From Nitrospirota bacterium (GTDB lineage: Bacteria; Nitrospirota; Thermodesulfovibrionia; Thermodesulfovibrionales; SM23-35), in assembly GCA_016212245.1 (NCBI GenBank), contig JACRGU010000127.1, positions 1 to 35,584 on the forward strand: a DNA stretch of 35,584 nt. The letters are read 5' to 3'. The notes under the pieces were generated by a model. It saw only the letters and a list, made by a program, of their open reading frames with translations. It did no database searches and had not been told where the DNA came from. The position numbers and the translations under genes were made by a program. Position 1 is the stretch's first letter. Each line of letters begins with the position of its first letter. Shown here one piece after another: positions 16,192-25,796 of the stretch.

Positions 16192-17187
16192 CTATCTTTG
16201 TGGAATAAAAACAACGTCTCTTATCTCTGAATATGTGCCTTCCTTTGAGGGGCCGAGTGCTGTTATCCTGTAGGCCCTTTTTGTTAATGGCTTCTCCTTG
16301 TCAAGGAATGTCGGGGTCTGGGTCTCTCCTATAAGTATAAACCCCTCTTTTTTATCAACTTCCCTGTAAATCCTGTAACCGCTTATCCATGTCTCAGCAG
16401 GTTCCTTCCAGATGAGGTATACATTTTCCGGTGTAGATAATGCCTGAAGGCCACGAGGAGGGGGTGGTATAAATTCCGAAGGGTTTATTTCGAGTTCCTC
16501 TGATGCAGGGCCCTCATCTCTCGTATTGCCTCCTATAAGGCTTCTTACTGTGTAATAGACAGGCCTTTTTATGTCGAAGTTGTCCTTGAAAGATGTTTCT
16601 CTGATTGGTTCTTTATTCGCGGGTGTTAACTGGTATCTGCCTTTCTCATTGCCTTTATAGATGTTATATAGAATTCCATCTCCTGCACCTTCCCAGTTCA
16701 ATGTTAGTGAGTCATGTTCTACTTTAAATAGAATCTTTCCGGGAGGGGAGGGTACAGGCTTAGGAATGATGGTTATAATATTTGAATCACCACTCGTTAT
16801 ACCTCTCAGATTCTGGGAAATAGTTTTATATTTATATTCAGAGCCGATTTTAAAGTTAGTATCCATATAAGAGCGTCTGTCATTCTCAATAAATGCAATC
16901 CTTTCAAAATCCCCACCTGTTGATTTCATTATATAAAACCCTTTTATGAATGGTTCTCTGTATTTTGGAAATTCCCATAAGAGGATGATCTCAGACTCTC
17001 TATGAATGGCCTTAAGTTTAGAAGGGGGGTCTGGTTTTTCGTATGATTTCAGGGTAGGGTCACCTTTTTTACCGCAGGAGGCGAGGATGGACAGAACACA
17101 GATAACAGATATCAGATGATAGACGATTAGTCGATACTGAAGAGAAGGCAGGAGATTGCCCTTGAGCGGTTTTGAATTCCGATTCAT
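16192..17187 (-). CDS. Lipoprotein with two fibronectin-III-like repeats, function unknown
   Basis: The lipobox is ILAS-CGKKGDP (YifL-like N-terminus). Two similar ~90-aa beta-rich repeats follow (LKAIHRESEIILLWEFP... / LQALSTPENVYLIWKEP...). Confidence 0.6.
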   Translation of the reverse strand: MNRNSKPLKGNLLPSLQYRLIVYHLISVICVLSILASCGKKGDPTLKSYEKPDPPSKLKAIHRESEIILLWEFPKYREPFIKGFYIMKSTGGDFERIAFIENDRRSYMDTNFKIGSEYKYKTISQNLRGITSGDSNIITIIPKPVPSPPGKILFKVEHDSLTLNWEGAGDGILYNIYKGNEKGRYQLTPANKEPIRETSFKDNFDIKRPVYYTVRSLIGGNTRDEGPASEELEINPSEFIPPPPRGLQALSTPENVYLIWKEPAETWISGYRIYREVDKKEGFILIGETQTPTFLDKEKPLTKRAYRITALGPSKEGTYSEIRDVVFIPQR

Positions 17188-17270
17188 CGGAATTCACCTC
17201 GGAGCCCTGCACCATCTCATGATGCGGGGCGAGAATGAGCAAAAGGGTAATCTCCTGCCTTTGTGCGCTA

Positions 17271-18644
17271 TCATCCGATCAGGCTTCCGAGCCTTCTTAT
17301 CTGTTTTTTCACCGCATCAGGAGATGTGCCACCCCTCGATGTCTTTGTCTTTACAGAATCCTCAACCTCAATATAGGAATATATGTCTTTTGTAATTACA
17401 GGGGAAAATTTCTTGAACTCATTGATAGAAAGCTCCCTGAACTGTTTCCTGTTTTTGATGCAGTAAAGAACAATCTCTCCTGTGATCTCATGTGCCTTTC
17501 TGAACGGAATGCCCTTTCTGACAAGATGTTCTGCGATATCTGTTGCAGTAGAATATCCCTCTCCAGCAGTTTCAAACATCCTTTCTGTGTTGAATTTTAT
17601 ACCCGGCAGCATTCCATTCAGGACAGTGAGGCATGATTTTACAGTATCCACGGTATCAAATATAGGTACCTTATCTTCTTGCAGATCTCTGTTATATGAG
17701 AGCGGCAGGCCTTTCATTGTGGTTAAGAGAGAAAGCAGATTCCCGTAAACCCTTCCAGTCTTTCCCCTGATAAGCTCTGCTACATCTGGATTCTTTTTCT
17801 GTGGCATGATACTTGAACCTGTTGTGAATGCATCAGGAAGCTCGATGAATCTGAATTCCTCTGTTGACCACAGTATAAGCTCTTCAGCAAACCTTGAGAG
17901 GTGCATGATAAGGATGGCTGCATTTGATAGAAACTCTATTGCAAAATCCCTGTCAGATACCGCATCAATACTATTTTCAGATATGCCTTTGAAACCGAGT
18001 AGTTTTGCGACATAACCCCTGTCTATGGGGAGTGTTGTGCCTGCGAGTGCGCATGAACCCAGAGGGATGATATTTATCCTCTTTAATGTATCTTCAAGTC
18101 TCTCTCTGTCTCTCTGCAACATCTCGACATAAGCGAGTAGGTGATGAGAGAGCAGCACCGGCTGTGCCCTCTGCATGTGTGTATATCCTGGCATTAATGT
18201 GTTTAGATATTTTGTTGCAGTGTTAAGAAGTGTTTTCTGGAGTTTCTTTATAAGGGATATTATCTCTTTTGTTTCTGCCCTTAGATAGAGTCTGAGGTCA
18301 AGTGCGACTTGGTCATTCCTTGAGCGTGCTGTATGGAGTTTCCCGCCGATAGGGCCTATCTTTTTTGTAAGTGCGTTCTCGATATTCATATGGATATCTT
18401 CGAGGTCTTCTTTGAACCTGAACCTCCCTGTTTCTATCTCTCTGGCTATTTCTTTAAGTCCTCTTATTATCTCTTCGGAATCTTCCTTAGTGATGATGCC
18501 CTGTTTGCCAAGCATCTTTGCATGGGCAATACTTCCCTCAATGTCATATCTCCAGAGGCGATTGTCAAAAGAAATGGATTCTGTGAAATGTTCCACAATC
18601 TTTGATGTCTTTTCCCTGAACCTTCCTGCCCATGGTTTTTTCAT
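17271..18644 (-). CDS. argH: Argininosuccinate lyase
   Basis: WAGRF..., GKLHTARSRNDQV and the fumarate-lyase signature GSSIMPQKKNPD are present. Confidence 0.95.
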   Translation of the reverse strand: MKKPWAGRFREKTSKIVEHFTESISFDNRLWRYDIEGSIAHAKMLGKQGIITKEDSEEIIRGLKEIAREIETGRFRFKEDLEDIHMNIENALTKKIGPIGGKLHTARSRNDQVALDLRLYLRAETKEIISLIKKLQKTLLNTATKYLNTLMPGYTHMQRAQPVLLSHHLLAYVEMLQRDRERLEDTLKRINIIPLGSCALAGTTLPIDRGYVAKLLGFKGISENSIDAVSDRDFAIEFLSNAAILIMHLSRFAEELILWSTEEFRFIELPDAFTTGSSIMPQKKNPDVAELIRGKTGRVYGNLLSLLTTMKGLPLSYNRDLQEDKVPIFDTVDTVKSCLTVLNGMLPGIKFNTERMFETAGEGYSTATDIAEHLVRKGIPFRKAHEITGEIVLYCIKNRKQFRELSINEFKKFSPVITKDIYSYIEVEDSVKTKTSRGGTSPDAVKKQIRRLGSLIG

Positions 18645-18703
18645 GATGGGCTAAGAATAAAATTTTATGAATGATGTGTCAAGGGGTTTGTGAGCCATAT
18701 CTT

Positions 18704-19354
18704 TTAATCCTCTCCCTTCCACCCATACTCTCCTATTAGAGGCACGAATATGCATGGGGTGTGGTATTCCTCGGAAAGCCTACCCTTAGACTTTTTAACC
18801 TTTATAAGCTGTTGTGAAAAACGGTCACCGACAGGTGCAATGATTATACCTCCTTCGGATAGCTGTTCTATAAGAGGGTCAGGAATCTTTGGAGTGCCTG
18901 CAGTTATTATAACCCTGTCAAATGGTGACTCCTCTGGCCATCCTAAGGTTCCATCACCAACCTTAACATGAATGTTTCCATACCCGAGAAAATTAAACCG
19001 TTCCTCTGCCCTTTTTACAAGTACTGCAACACGCTCAATTGTATAGACCTCTTTTGAAAGCTCAGCGAGGATTACTGCCTGATACCCTGAGCCTGTACCT
19101 ATTTCTAATATCTTTTCATTTCCCTTAAGTTCAAGTAGTTCTGTCATGATGGCTACCATATAGGGCTGTGAAATGGTCTGGCCTTCACCAATTGGCAGGG
19201 CCATATCATCATAAGCCTTATACTGTATGGACTCATCAACAAAGAGATGCCTCGGAACTCTTCTCATCGCATCAAGCACACGCCTGTCCTTTATCCCACG
19301 AGTGATAAGCTGGGTTTCAACCATCAAGTCCCTTATTTTTTTAAACTCGTCCAT
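18704..19354 (-). CDS. pcm: Protein-L-isoaspartate O-methyltransferase
   Basis: VPRHLFV, ALPIGEGQTISQPYMVA and ILEIGTGSGYQAA-like motifs are present. The ATG at 19354 is preferred over TTG 19363. Confidence 0.9.
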   Translation of the reverse strand: MDEFKKIRDLMVETQLITRGIKDRRVLDAMRRVPRHLFVDESIQYKAYDDMALPIGEGQTISQPYMVAIMTELLELKGNEKILEIGTGSGYQAVILAELSKEVYTIERVAVLVKRAEERFNFLGYGNIHVKVGDGTLGWPEESPFDRVIITAGTPKIPDPLIEQLSEGGIIIAPVGDRFSQQLIKVKKSKGRLSEEYHTPCIFVPLIGEYGWKGED

Positions 19355-19436
19355 GTAAATCAAAAATTAGAAATCAAAAAGCAAAATTACAATTCAAAAT
19401 TCAAAAATAAAATTCCTTAATTTTTATTTTTAATCT

Positions 19437-20831
19437 TTAAATTCTTTTTATTATTTCCCTCGCAGCTATCACCCCTGAGGCCGATGCCTGGATAAGCCCT
19501 CTGCTTACTCCTGCTCCATCACCAACTGCGAAGAGGTTTCCTATCTCTGTCTCGAGGGAGTTTGTAAGTTTGAGCTGCATCGAATAAAACTTTACCTCAA
19601 CTCCATAAAGAAGGGTGTGTCTTGAATTTACACCAGGTGCAATTTTGTCGAGTGCCTCGAGCATCTCAAGAATATCAGACAGATAACGATAAGGTATAAC
19701 AAAGCTTAAATCACCTGGTGTTGCATCCTTGAGTGTTGGTTGTACAATCCCCTTTGATATCCTCTCACGGGTCGAGCGTCTCCCTTGCTGTAAATCTCCA
19801 AGCCTCTGAATAATAACACCCTTGCCGAGGAAATTTGCGAGCCTTGCAATATATCTTCCGTATGATAGGGGTTCATTAAAAGGCTCTGTAAAGAATGTGC
19901 TGACTAAAAGTGCAAAGTTTGTGTTGTTTGTTTTCCTGTTTGCATAGCTGTGACCATTAACCGTCCATATACCCTTAAGGTATTCTTTTACAACCTCACC
20001 GTATGGATTGACGCAGAAGGTTCTTACCCTGTCGTCGAATTTTTTTGAATAAAATATTAATTTGGGTTCATAGGTTGCCTTTGTGAGGGGCTCAAATACA
20101 GATGCAGGTATCTCGACCCTTACACCTATATCAACAGGGTTTTTAAGCAGTGTGAGGTGTAGCCTCTTTGATTCTTTTTCAAGCCATCTTGAGCCTTCTC
20201 TTCCAGGCGCAAGTATTACAAATTCAGAATAAAGTTCTGTGCCGTCCTTAAGCCTTATACCAACAGTCTTCCTGTTTTTTGTGATAACTCTGTCCGCCTC
20301 CAAGCCGAATACAGTCTCGATTTTTCCATTAAGAGGCTCCTTGATTTTTTTCAGCAGGGCCTTGCATCTGTCAGTACCTATATGTCTTATCCTTGAGGGG
20401 ACAAGTACGAGATCATTTTTTGATGCAAGTCTTTCTATTGCTGCTATATCTTCCTTGTTGTCTCCGTAGGTCTGGCCCGGTGCCCCGTATCTTATATAGA
20501 TTTTATCTACATAGATGATAAGTGACTGGAGTGTATCTTTATCAATATACCGTGAGAGGAATCCACCCACTTCTGGTGATAGGCTCAGTTTCCCATCGCT
20601 GAAGGCCCCTGCTCCACCCCACCCACTGAGAAGTGCACATTCAGGACAGGTTGTGCATGATCCTGAACTTGATTCAGGATCACCTATCTTCATCGGACAT
20701 ATCCTTTTGTCAATGTCCTTGCCTTTTTCGATGATAAGGATTTTTGTATCTTCTTTTTGCTCGATGAGTTCGAGGGCAGAGAATATGCCGGCAGGACCAG
20801 CCCCGACTATTATGACATCATAAGTTTTCAT
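19437..20831 (-). CDS. FAD-dependent oxidoreductase (uncharacterised FAD-dependent dehydrogenase, COG2509-like)
   Basis: The N-terminal dinucleotide fold is YDVIIVGAGPAGIFSA. The cysteine cluster C..GSCTTCPEC and the C-terminal GDGAG motif are present. Confidence 0.75.
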   Translation of the reverse strand: MKTYDVIIVGAGPAGIFSALELIEQKEDTKILIIEKGKDIDKRICPMKIGDPESSSGSCTTCPECALLSGWGGAGAFSDGKLSLSPEVGGFLSRYIDKDTLQSLIIYVDKIYIRYGAPGQTYGDNKEDIAAIERLASKNDLVLVPSRIRHIGTDRCKALLKKIKEPLNGKIETVFGLEADRVITKNRKTVGIRLKDGTELYSEFVILAPGREGSRWLEKESKRLHLTLLKNPVDIGVRVEIPASVFEPLTKATYEPKLIFYSKKFDDRVRTFCVNPYGEVVKEYLKGIWTVNGHSYANRKTNNTNFALLVSTFFTEPFNEPLSYGRYIARLANFLGKGVIIQRLGDLQQGRRSTRERISKGIVQPTLKDATPGDLSFVIPYRYLSDILEMLEALDKIAPGVNSRHTLLYGVEVKFYSMQLKLTNSLETEIGNLFAVGDGAGVSRGLIQASASGVIAAREIIKRI

Positions 20832-21610
20832 TTGCCCTTGATCTCTGCGTTAGATAGAGCCCATTCTTTCTTAAGGAGTTTTAATGCCTCATAATTTGTA
20901 AGGTCAAGGTGGATGGGAGTGATAGAGATAGAGCCTTCCTGAATGGCCTGAATATCTGTGTCCTCACCGTGCTCCCAGTAAGGCTTTCCTCCACCAATCC
21001 AGTAATGTTTCTCTCCTTTCGGGTCAAAGGTCTCCTGAATGGAGTTGTCATATATGCGCTTCCCCTGTCTTGTGAATTTGATCCCCATAATGCTGTTTCT
21101 GTGAACATTGGGGACGTTTACATTTAAAAGTGTGTCATATGGCAGGGATTTTTCGAGGATATATCTGCCGATTTCAATAGCAACTCCAGATGCAGTATCA
21201 AGGTGTAGAGGCATAGCACGCTGCGTCTCTACCACGAGAGAGATGGCAAATGATGATATACCCATCATTGTACTCTCTATCGCAGCAGAAACAGTGCCAG
21301 AGTAAGTAATATCATCCCCGAGGTTTGCACCTTTGTTGATGCCTGAGACAATAAGTGCAGGCCTTTCAGAAAGAATCTTATTTACCCCTATTGTTATGCA
21401 GTCTGTTGGTGTGCCGTTAATACTATAGACATGTTCCCTGAGTTCTTCGACCTTGAGCGGTCTGTGCATTGTCAATGAATGGCTGACTGCACTTCTTTCT
21501 CTATCAGGTGCGACTATGTATGCATCACCGAGTTCCTTCATGGCCCTGAAGAGGGCAATCAGGCCCGGTGAGTGAACTCCGTCATCATTTGTAACAAGGA
21601 TAACTGGCAT
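20828..21610 (-). CDS. surE: 5'/3'-nucleotidase SurE
   Basis: MPVILVTNDDGVHSPGL...GINKGANLGDDITYSGTV are SurE motifs. The internal Met at 21610 matches the normal SurE N-terminus, and the ORF-track extension to 21667 is unlikely. Confidence 0.9.
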   Translation of the reverse strand: MPVILVTNDDGVHSPGLIALFRAMKELGDAYIVAPDRERSAVSHSLTMHRPLKVEELREHVYSINGTPTDCITIGVNKILSERPALIVSGINKGANLGDDITYSGTVSAAIESTMMGISSFAISLVVETQRAMPLHLDTASGVAIEIGRYILEKSLPYDTLLNVNVPNVHRNSIMGIKFTRQGKRIYDNSIQETFDPKGEKHYWIGGGKPYWEHGEDTDIQAIQEGSISITPIHLDLTNYEALKLLKKEWALSNAEIKGK

Positions 21611-21647
21611 CAAAACTATTTTATCAGAAAAATAAAAAATCTTGCTC

Positions 21648-21675
21648 TTGACACCCTCTTTATGCAAAATATAGT
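21648..21675 (+). promoter_or_regulatory. Sigma70-like promoter for purM (TTGACA-16 nt-TATAGT)
   Basis: TTGACA lies at 21648-21653 and TATAGT at 21670-21675, about 65 nt upstream of the purM ATG. A 10-bp hairpin (21700-21727) lies in the predicted leader. Confidence 0.5.
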
Positions 21676-21741
21676 GGGTTTTAAAAATCCTCCTGCTGAC
21701 CCTGTTAGAAGGTTTTCTCTAACAGGGCTGAGAAATAAGAA

Positions 21742-22776
21742 ATGGGCAGCGAACTTACCTATAAAAAGGCCGGTGTTGATATTGGTGAGGGAGAGAGATT
21801 TGTGAGCCTTATCTCCCCTATGGTCAAAGAGACATTCAGGCATGAGGTCATGACAGATATCGGTTCTTTCAGCGCCCTTTTTAAACTCGACATAACAGGA
21901 TATAAAGAGCCTGTGCTTGTGAGTGGGACAGACGGGGTCGGCACAAAGTTAAAGATAGCCTTTATGATGGACAGGCATGATACTGTTGGTATTGACCTTG
22001 TTGCTATGTGTGTTAATGATATTCTCACAAGCGGTGCAGAACCATTATTTTTCCTTGATTATTTTGCAACAGGCAGGCTGAAACCAGAAAAGGCAGCAGA
22101 GGTCATAGAAGGGATAGCGGAGGGCTGTAAAGAAGCAGGCTGTTCCTTAATAGGTGGAGAGACCGCAGAGATGCCAGGATTCTATTCGGAAGGCGAATAT
22201 GACCTTTCTGGCTTTGCTGTAGGGGTCGTTGAAAAGGATAAGATAATAGATGGCTCTGATATAAAAGAGGGTGATGTCGTCATAGGAGTTGCATCGAGCG
22301 GTCTTCACAGCAATGGATATTCCCTTGTGAGGAAGCTATTTTTTGATATTAAAAAAATGGATGTTGCCACTTATATCGCAGAGATAGGAACATCTCTTGG
22401 AGAGGAGCTCCTTAAGCCCACGAGGATTTATGTAAAGGCATTCAATGCAATTAGAGATAAGATTAGGGTGAAGGGTATGGCTCACATCACAGGCGGAGGG
22501 ATTCCTGGAAACTTACCGAGGATACTCCCTGAAGGTGTTTGTGCAAATATCAGACATGGTTCATGGCCTGTGCATACAATCTTTAAAATAATAGAAGATG
22601 TGGGGAATGTACCTTATGAAGATATGAAAAAGACTTTTAACATGGGGATAGGGTATATTATGGTCGTTCCAGGAAATGCATCCGAGGATGCCGTAACAAC
22701 CCTCAACAGGGCAGGATACAAGGCTTTTATAATCGGTGAGATAGAGAAAGGAGGTAAAGGTGTTAGATATTCATAA
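21742..22776 (+). CDS. purM: Phosphoribosylformylglycinamidine cyclo-ligase (AIR synthetase)
   Basis: LTYKKAGVDI..., GTDGVGTKL and GGETAEMPG are PurM motifs. Confidence 0.95.
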   Translation: MGSELTYKKAGVDIGEGERFVSLISPMVKETFRHEVMTDIGSFSALFKLDITGYKEPVLVSGTDGVGTKLKIAFMMDRHDTVGIDLVAMCVNDILTSGAEPLFFLDYFATGRLKPEKAAEVIEGIAEGCKEAGCSLIGGETAEMPGFYSEGEYDLSGFAVGVVEKDKIIDGSDIKEGDVVIGVASSGLHSNGYSLVRKLFFDIKKMDVATYIAEIGTSLGEELLKPTRIYVKAFNAIRDKIRVKGMAHITGGGIPGNLPRILPEGVCANIRHGSWPVHTIFKIIEDVGNVPYEDMKKTFNMGIGYIMVVPGNASEDAVTTLNRAGYKAFIIGEIEKGGKGVRYS

Positions 22777-23614
22777 GATTAAAAGATTGTTTAAAAAGGC
22801 TTTTACCCCTATAACAATCATGTTAATCCCTCACAGCAGTACTAAACCCTTAAATCTGAAGATTCCATCAATAGGGGTACTCGTTTCGATACTGTTGTGG
22901 CTTATTTGTACCACTTATGTCCTTTCAATCGCCATAGATACATCCGAATACTACAGGATGAAGGAGAAGCTGAATTACTATTCAAATCAGTTTATTGAGC
23001 TAAGGACAACAATATCAGCACTCAAGAATGCTGAGAACGAGTTCAGAAGATTGTTTTCCCTCGGCTCTAAGGAGAAGGTTCTTGAGAATATAGACATCTC
23101 AAATAGTGGTTCAATTGATATAGAAAATCTCAAGCAACAGATTAAGAAAACAGCTGAAACTCTCGGTGAAATAAAGGATTATTTGAGTCAGCAAAGAGAC
23201 CTCTATATGGCAACTCCTAAGGGCTTGCCTGTTAAAGGAAATGTAACCTCTTATTACGGGAGAAGAGAACATCCGAGAAGCGGCGAAGAAGATTTTCATG
23301 CGGGGCTGGACATAAGTGCTAACCCCGGTAATCCTATTACAGCTACCGCAGATGGCATTGTGAGTTTTTCTGGCTGGAATGGTGGAAATGGTAATCTCGT
23401 GGTTATCGAACATGGCTTTGGATATTCAACATTTTATGCTCATAATAAGATGAATGCAGTTAAGGTTGGCCAGCGCGTAAAAAGAGGAGACATCATAGCC
23501 TATGTCGGCTCAACAGGAAATTCAACAGGCCCTCATCTCCATTACGAGGTATGGAAAAACGGGAGACCTGTTAATCCAAAGATATATATTGACTCTTTAC
23601 GTGCTTCACCATAA
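22760..23614 (+). CDS. M23-family peptidoglycan DD-metalloendopeptidase with N-terminal TM and coiled coil
   Basis: HAGLDI...G.PI.A.ADG.V...G...GNLVVIEHGFGYST.YAH...V..G..V..G..I..VGSTG.STGPHLHYEV is the LytM/M23 signature. The GTG start overlaps the purM end. Confidence 0.9.
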   Translation: MLDIHKIKRLFKKAFTPITIMLIPHSSTKPLNLKIPSIGVLVSILLWLICTTYVLSIAIDTSEYYRMKEKLNYYSNQFIELRTTISALKNAENEFRRLFSLGSKEKVLENIDISNSGSIDIENLKQQIKKTAETLGEIKDYLSQQRDLYMATPKGLPVKGNVTSYYGRREHPRSGEEDFHAGLDISANPGNPITATADGIVSFSGWNGGNGNLVVIEHGFGYSTFYAHNKMNAVKVGQRVKRGDIIAYVGSTGNSTGPHLHYEVWKNGRPVNPKIYIDSLRASP

Positions 23615-23635
23615 ACTGCCACAATCTCTGAAAGA

Positions 23636-24595
23636 ATGATATTTTTAACTCTTTACCTTTTTTTGCTTAATCTTTCTCTTGAAAGTGTACACAAGTTTAC
23701 TCTTGAGTCTTACGATTATCCTAAATCAGTCTATATTTCTCCAGATAATAAAAGGGTGTATGTCTGTAATCTGGAAGGACATAACATACTTATTATTGAT
23801 AGAGAAACGAAAGAGATTATTGATAGAGTTAAGATTATTGGTAAGCCTGTAGAGATTACTTTTACTGAAGGGGGAAGGTATGTCTGGGTTTCTCTATTAA
23901 AGGCAAGGGCAATTGCAATTTATGATACAGTTCTTAAGAAAGTTGTCAAAAAAATTTTGGTTGGTAAGGAGCCAAAGATTTTACGGGTGGATCCTCATGA
24001 AAGGCATGTCTTTGTCTCCAACTGGGGTAGCAAAAGTGTAAGTGTTATTGATGTGCCTTTAAAAAAAGAAATCAAAAGAATTTATGTGGGTAGAAATCCA
24101 AGAGGTATAGAATTTCACCCTGTAAAAAATTTAGCTTATGTAGCAGTTATGGACGGACAGAATATTGCTGAGATTTCCCTTGATTCTCTTAAGGTGATTG
24201 GTAGAATAACAAAAGGTGTGGGTAGAGCACCAAGGCATCTCGCTATTACAAAGGATGGAAGATATCTTTATGTTAGTTGTAATATTGCATCTTCAGTTCA
24301 GAAAATTGACCTTGAAAAAAAAGAGGTAGTTAAAACCCTTAAGGTAGGAAGACATCCAAGAACAATATCTTTATCACCTTCTGAGAAATATCTTTTTGTT
24401 GTTAATTATAAGACCCATTCTCTTAATGTTATTGATACAGAAAAAATGGAAAATATTTATAATGTTAAAACATCCCCTCATCCAATCGGAGTTGATATAT
24501 CAAAAGATGAAAAAGAAGTATGGGTTACAAACTACTTCCCTATGTGTTCAATTTTTGTATATAATCTTCAAACACCAGTTTTTTCAGAAAGATAA
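23636..24595 (+). CDS. Secreted YVTN-type beta-propeller repeat protein
   Basis: An N-terminal signal peptide is followed by roughly 40-aa repeats ending in ...P..I....DG(K/R)..YV.N.....V.VID. Confidence 0.8.
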   Translation: MIFLTLYLFLLNLSLESVHKFTLESYDYPKSVYISPDNKRVYVCNLEGHNILIIDRETKEIIDRVKIIGKPVEITFTEGGRYVWVSLLKARAIAIYDTVLKKVVKKILVGKEPKILRVDPHERHVFVSNWGSKSVSVIDVPLKKEIKRIYVGRNPRGIEFHPVKNLAYVAVMDGQNIAEISLDSLKVIGRITKGVGRAPRHLAITKDGRYLYVSCNIASSVQKIDLEKKEVVKTLKVGRHPRTISLSPSEKYLFVVNYKTHSLNVIDTEKMENIYNVKTSPHPIGVDISKDEKEVWVTNYFPMCSIFVYNLQTPVFSER

Positions 24596-24620
24596 ATTAT
24601 AGAAAGGAGGAAAACAACAG

Positions 24621-24992
24621 ATGTTTTCAAAGAATACAGAGAAGCTCGAATCTTTTGTAGGCAGTAATAGTCATTTCAAAGGTGATATAGATACAAAAGG
24701 AACACTTAGGGTTGATGGCATTGTGGATGGAAACGTGACAGCTGATTGGGTAATACTTGGAGAAAAATCTCATATAAAGGGTGATGTGGCAGCACGGGGA
24801 ATTGTTATTGGCGGCAGGATTGATGGTAATCTCAAGGCAAAGGAGATTGTTGAGATAAAATCAAAAGGCCAGGTATTCGGAGATATCTTAACAGGCAAGC
24901 TTTCAATTGCAGAGGGCGGTATCTTCGAAGGTAAGTCTTCAATGCACAGAGAAGAATCAAAGATAATAGAGTTTCAGACTTTTTCTCGTTAG
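24621..24992 (+). CDS. Bactofilin (polymer-forming cytoskeletal protein, DUF583)
   Basis: F.G.I...G.L.VDG.V.GNV....V.LGE...I.GDV.A..I.I.G...G.L.A is the beta-helical repeat pattern. A strong SD (AAAGGAGGA) precedes it. Confidence 0.88.
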   Translation: MFSKNTEKLESFVGSNSHFKGDIDTKGTLRVDGIVDGNVTADWVILGEKSHIKGDVAARGIVIGGRIDGNLKAKEIVEIKSKGQVFGDILTGKLSIAEGGIFEGKSSMHREESKIIEFQTFSR

Positions 24993-25150
24993 ACTCCAAG
25001 CCAGATTATAAACCACAGAGATACCGAAGGTCGAATCGAAAAGGGTGCAGAGCGGTGAGGGTGAGATAAATAGAACAGTTGTTCTATTTTAAGCATCAAA
25101 ATAAATTGTTTACAAAAATGCACTATTTGTTTCCAAATATAATTTTTTTG

Positions 25151-25178
25151 TTGACAAATAAAATTTATCTGTTATATT
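25151..25178 (+). promoter_or_regulatory. Sigma70-like promoter (TTGACA-16 nt-TATATT) in an AT-rich spacer
   Basis: TTGACA lies at 25151-25156 and TATATT at 25173-25178. The SD AGGTGA and the ATG at 25196 follow. Confidence 0.55.
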
Positions 25179-25195
25179 AATATATAGGTGAATAA

Positions 25196-25741
25196 ATGCT
25201 GAAAAGTTTATTCTCATCTTCAATAAGGGCAGATGTCCTGGCACTCCTTCTAAATAGCCCGGACGAGCAGTTCTATATCAGGGAGATAGCAAAGCTTCTC
25301 AGAAAAAATCCATCAGGTGTGAAGAGGGAACTCGACAACCTTGAGAAGATGGGTGTAGTAATTAGTGAAAAGGTTGCCAACCTAAAATATTTCCGGGCAG
25401 ACAAAGACTCGCCCCTGTACTCCGAGTTAAAAAATCTTATAGCTAAGTCTCTCGGGTTGCCTGGGGCGATAAAGGCAGTCTTGAGGGCTTCAGGTGCAAA
25501 AGCTGCTTTCATATACGGTCCTTATGCAGAAGGAGAAGATGTTGACACAGTTAACCTTTTTGTAATAGGGGCGTCATTAGCCCTAACTAAAGGTCTAAAA
25601 GATATTGAGAAAAAATTCGGCCAGAGGGTCGAATCTATAGTGATAGAAGAGGCTGAGTATAGGCTTAAGAGAAAAAAGAAAGATGCAAATCTGAAAAGAC
25701 TTCTGTCAGGAAAGAAGATTACCCTGATAGGTAGGCTTTAG
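25196..25741 (+). CDS. Winged-helix (ArsR-like) DNA-binding protein with degenerate nucleotidyltransferase-like C-terminal domain
   Basis: The N-terminal wHTH is SIRADVLALLLNSPDEQFYIREIAKLLRKNPSGVKRELDNLEKMGVV. The C-terminal AAFIYGPYAEGEDVDTVNLFVIG resembles the minimal NTase fold but lacks the GS/DxD residues. Confidence 0.6.
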   Translation: MLKSLFSSSIRADVLALLLNSPDEQFYIREIAKLLRKNPSGVKRELDNLEKMGVVISEKVANLKYFRADKDSPLYSELKNLIAKSLGLPGAIKAVLRASGAKAAFIYGPYAEGEDVDTVNLFVIGASLALTKGLKDIEKKFGQRVESIVIEEAEYRLKRKKKDANLKRLLSGKKITLIGRL

Positions 25742-25796
25742 CTCAGAGCGTCCCGCACTTTCATAGAAAGTGCGGGATAGAAAGGGGGTGAATTTA

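Noticed and set aside
21572-21843. ORFs 21572..21805 (+) and 21616..21843 (-) in the surE-purM spacer
   Set aside because: They overlap the divergent promoter region and the starts of surE and purM, and they have no SD or recognisable motifs.
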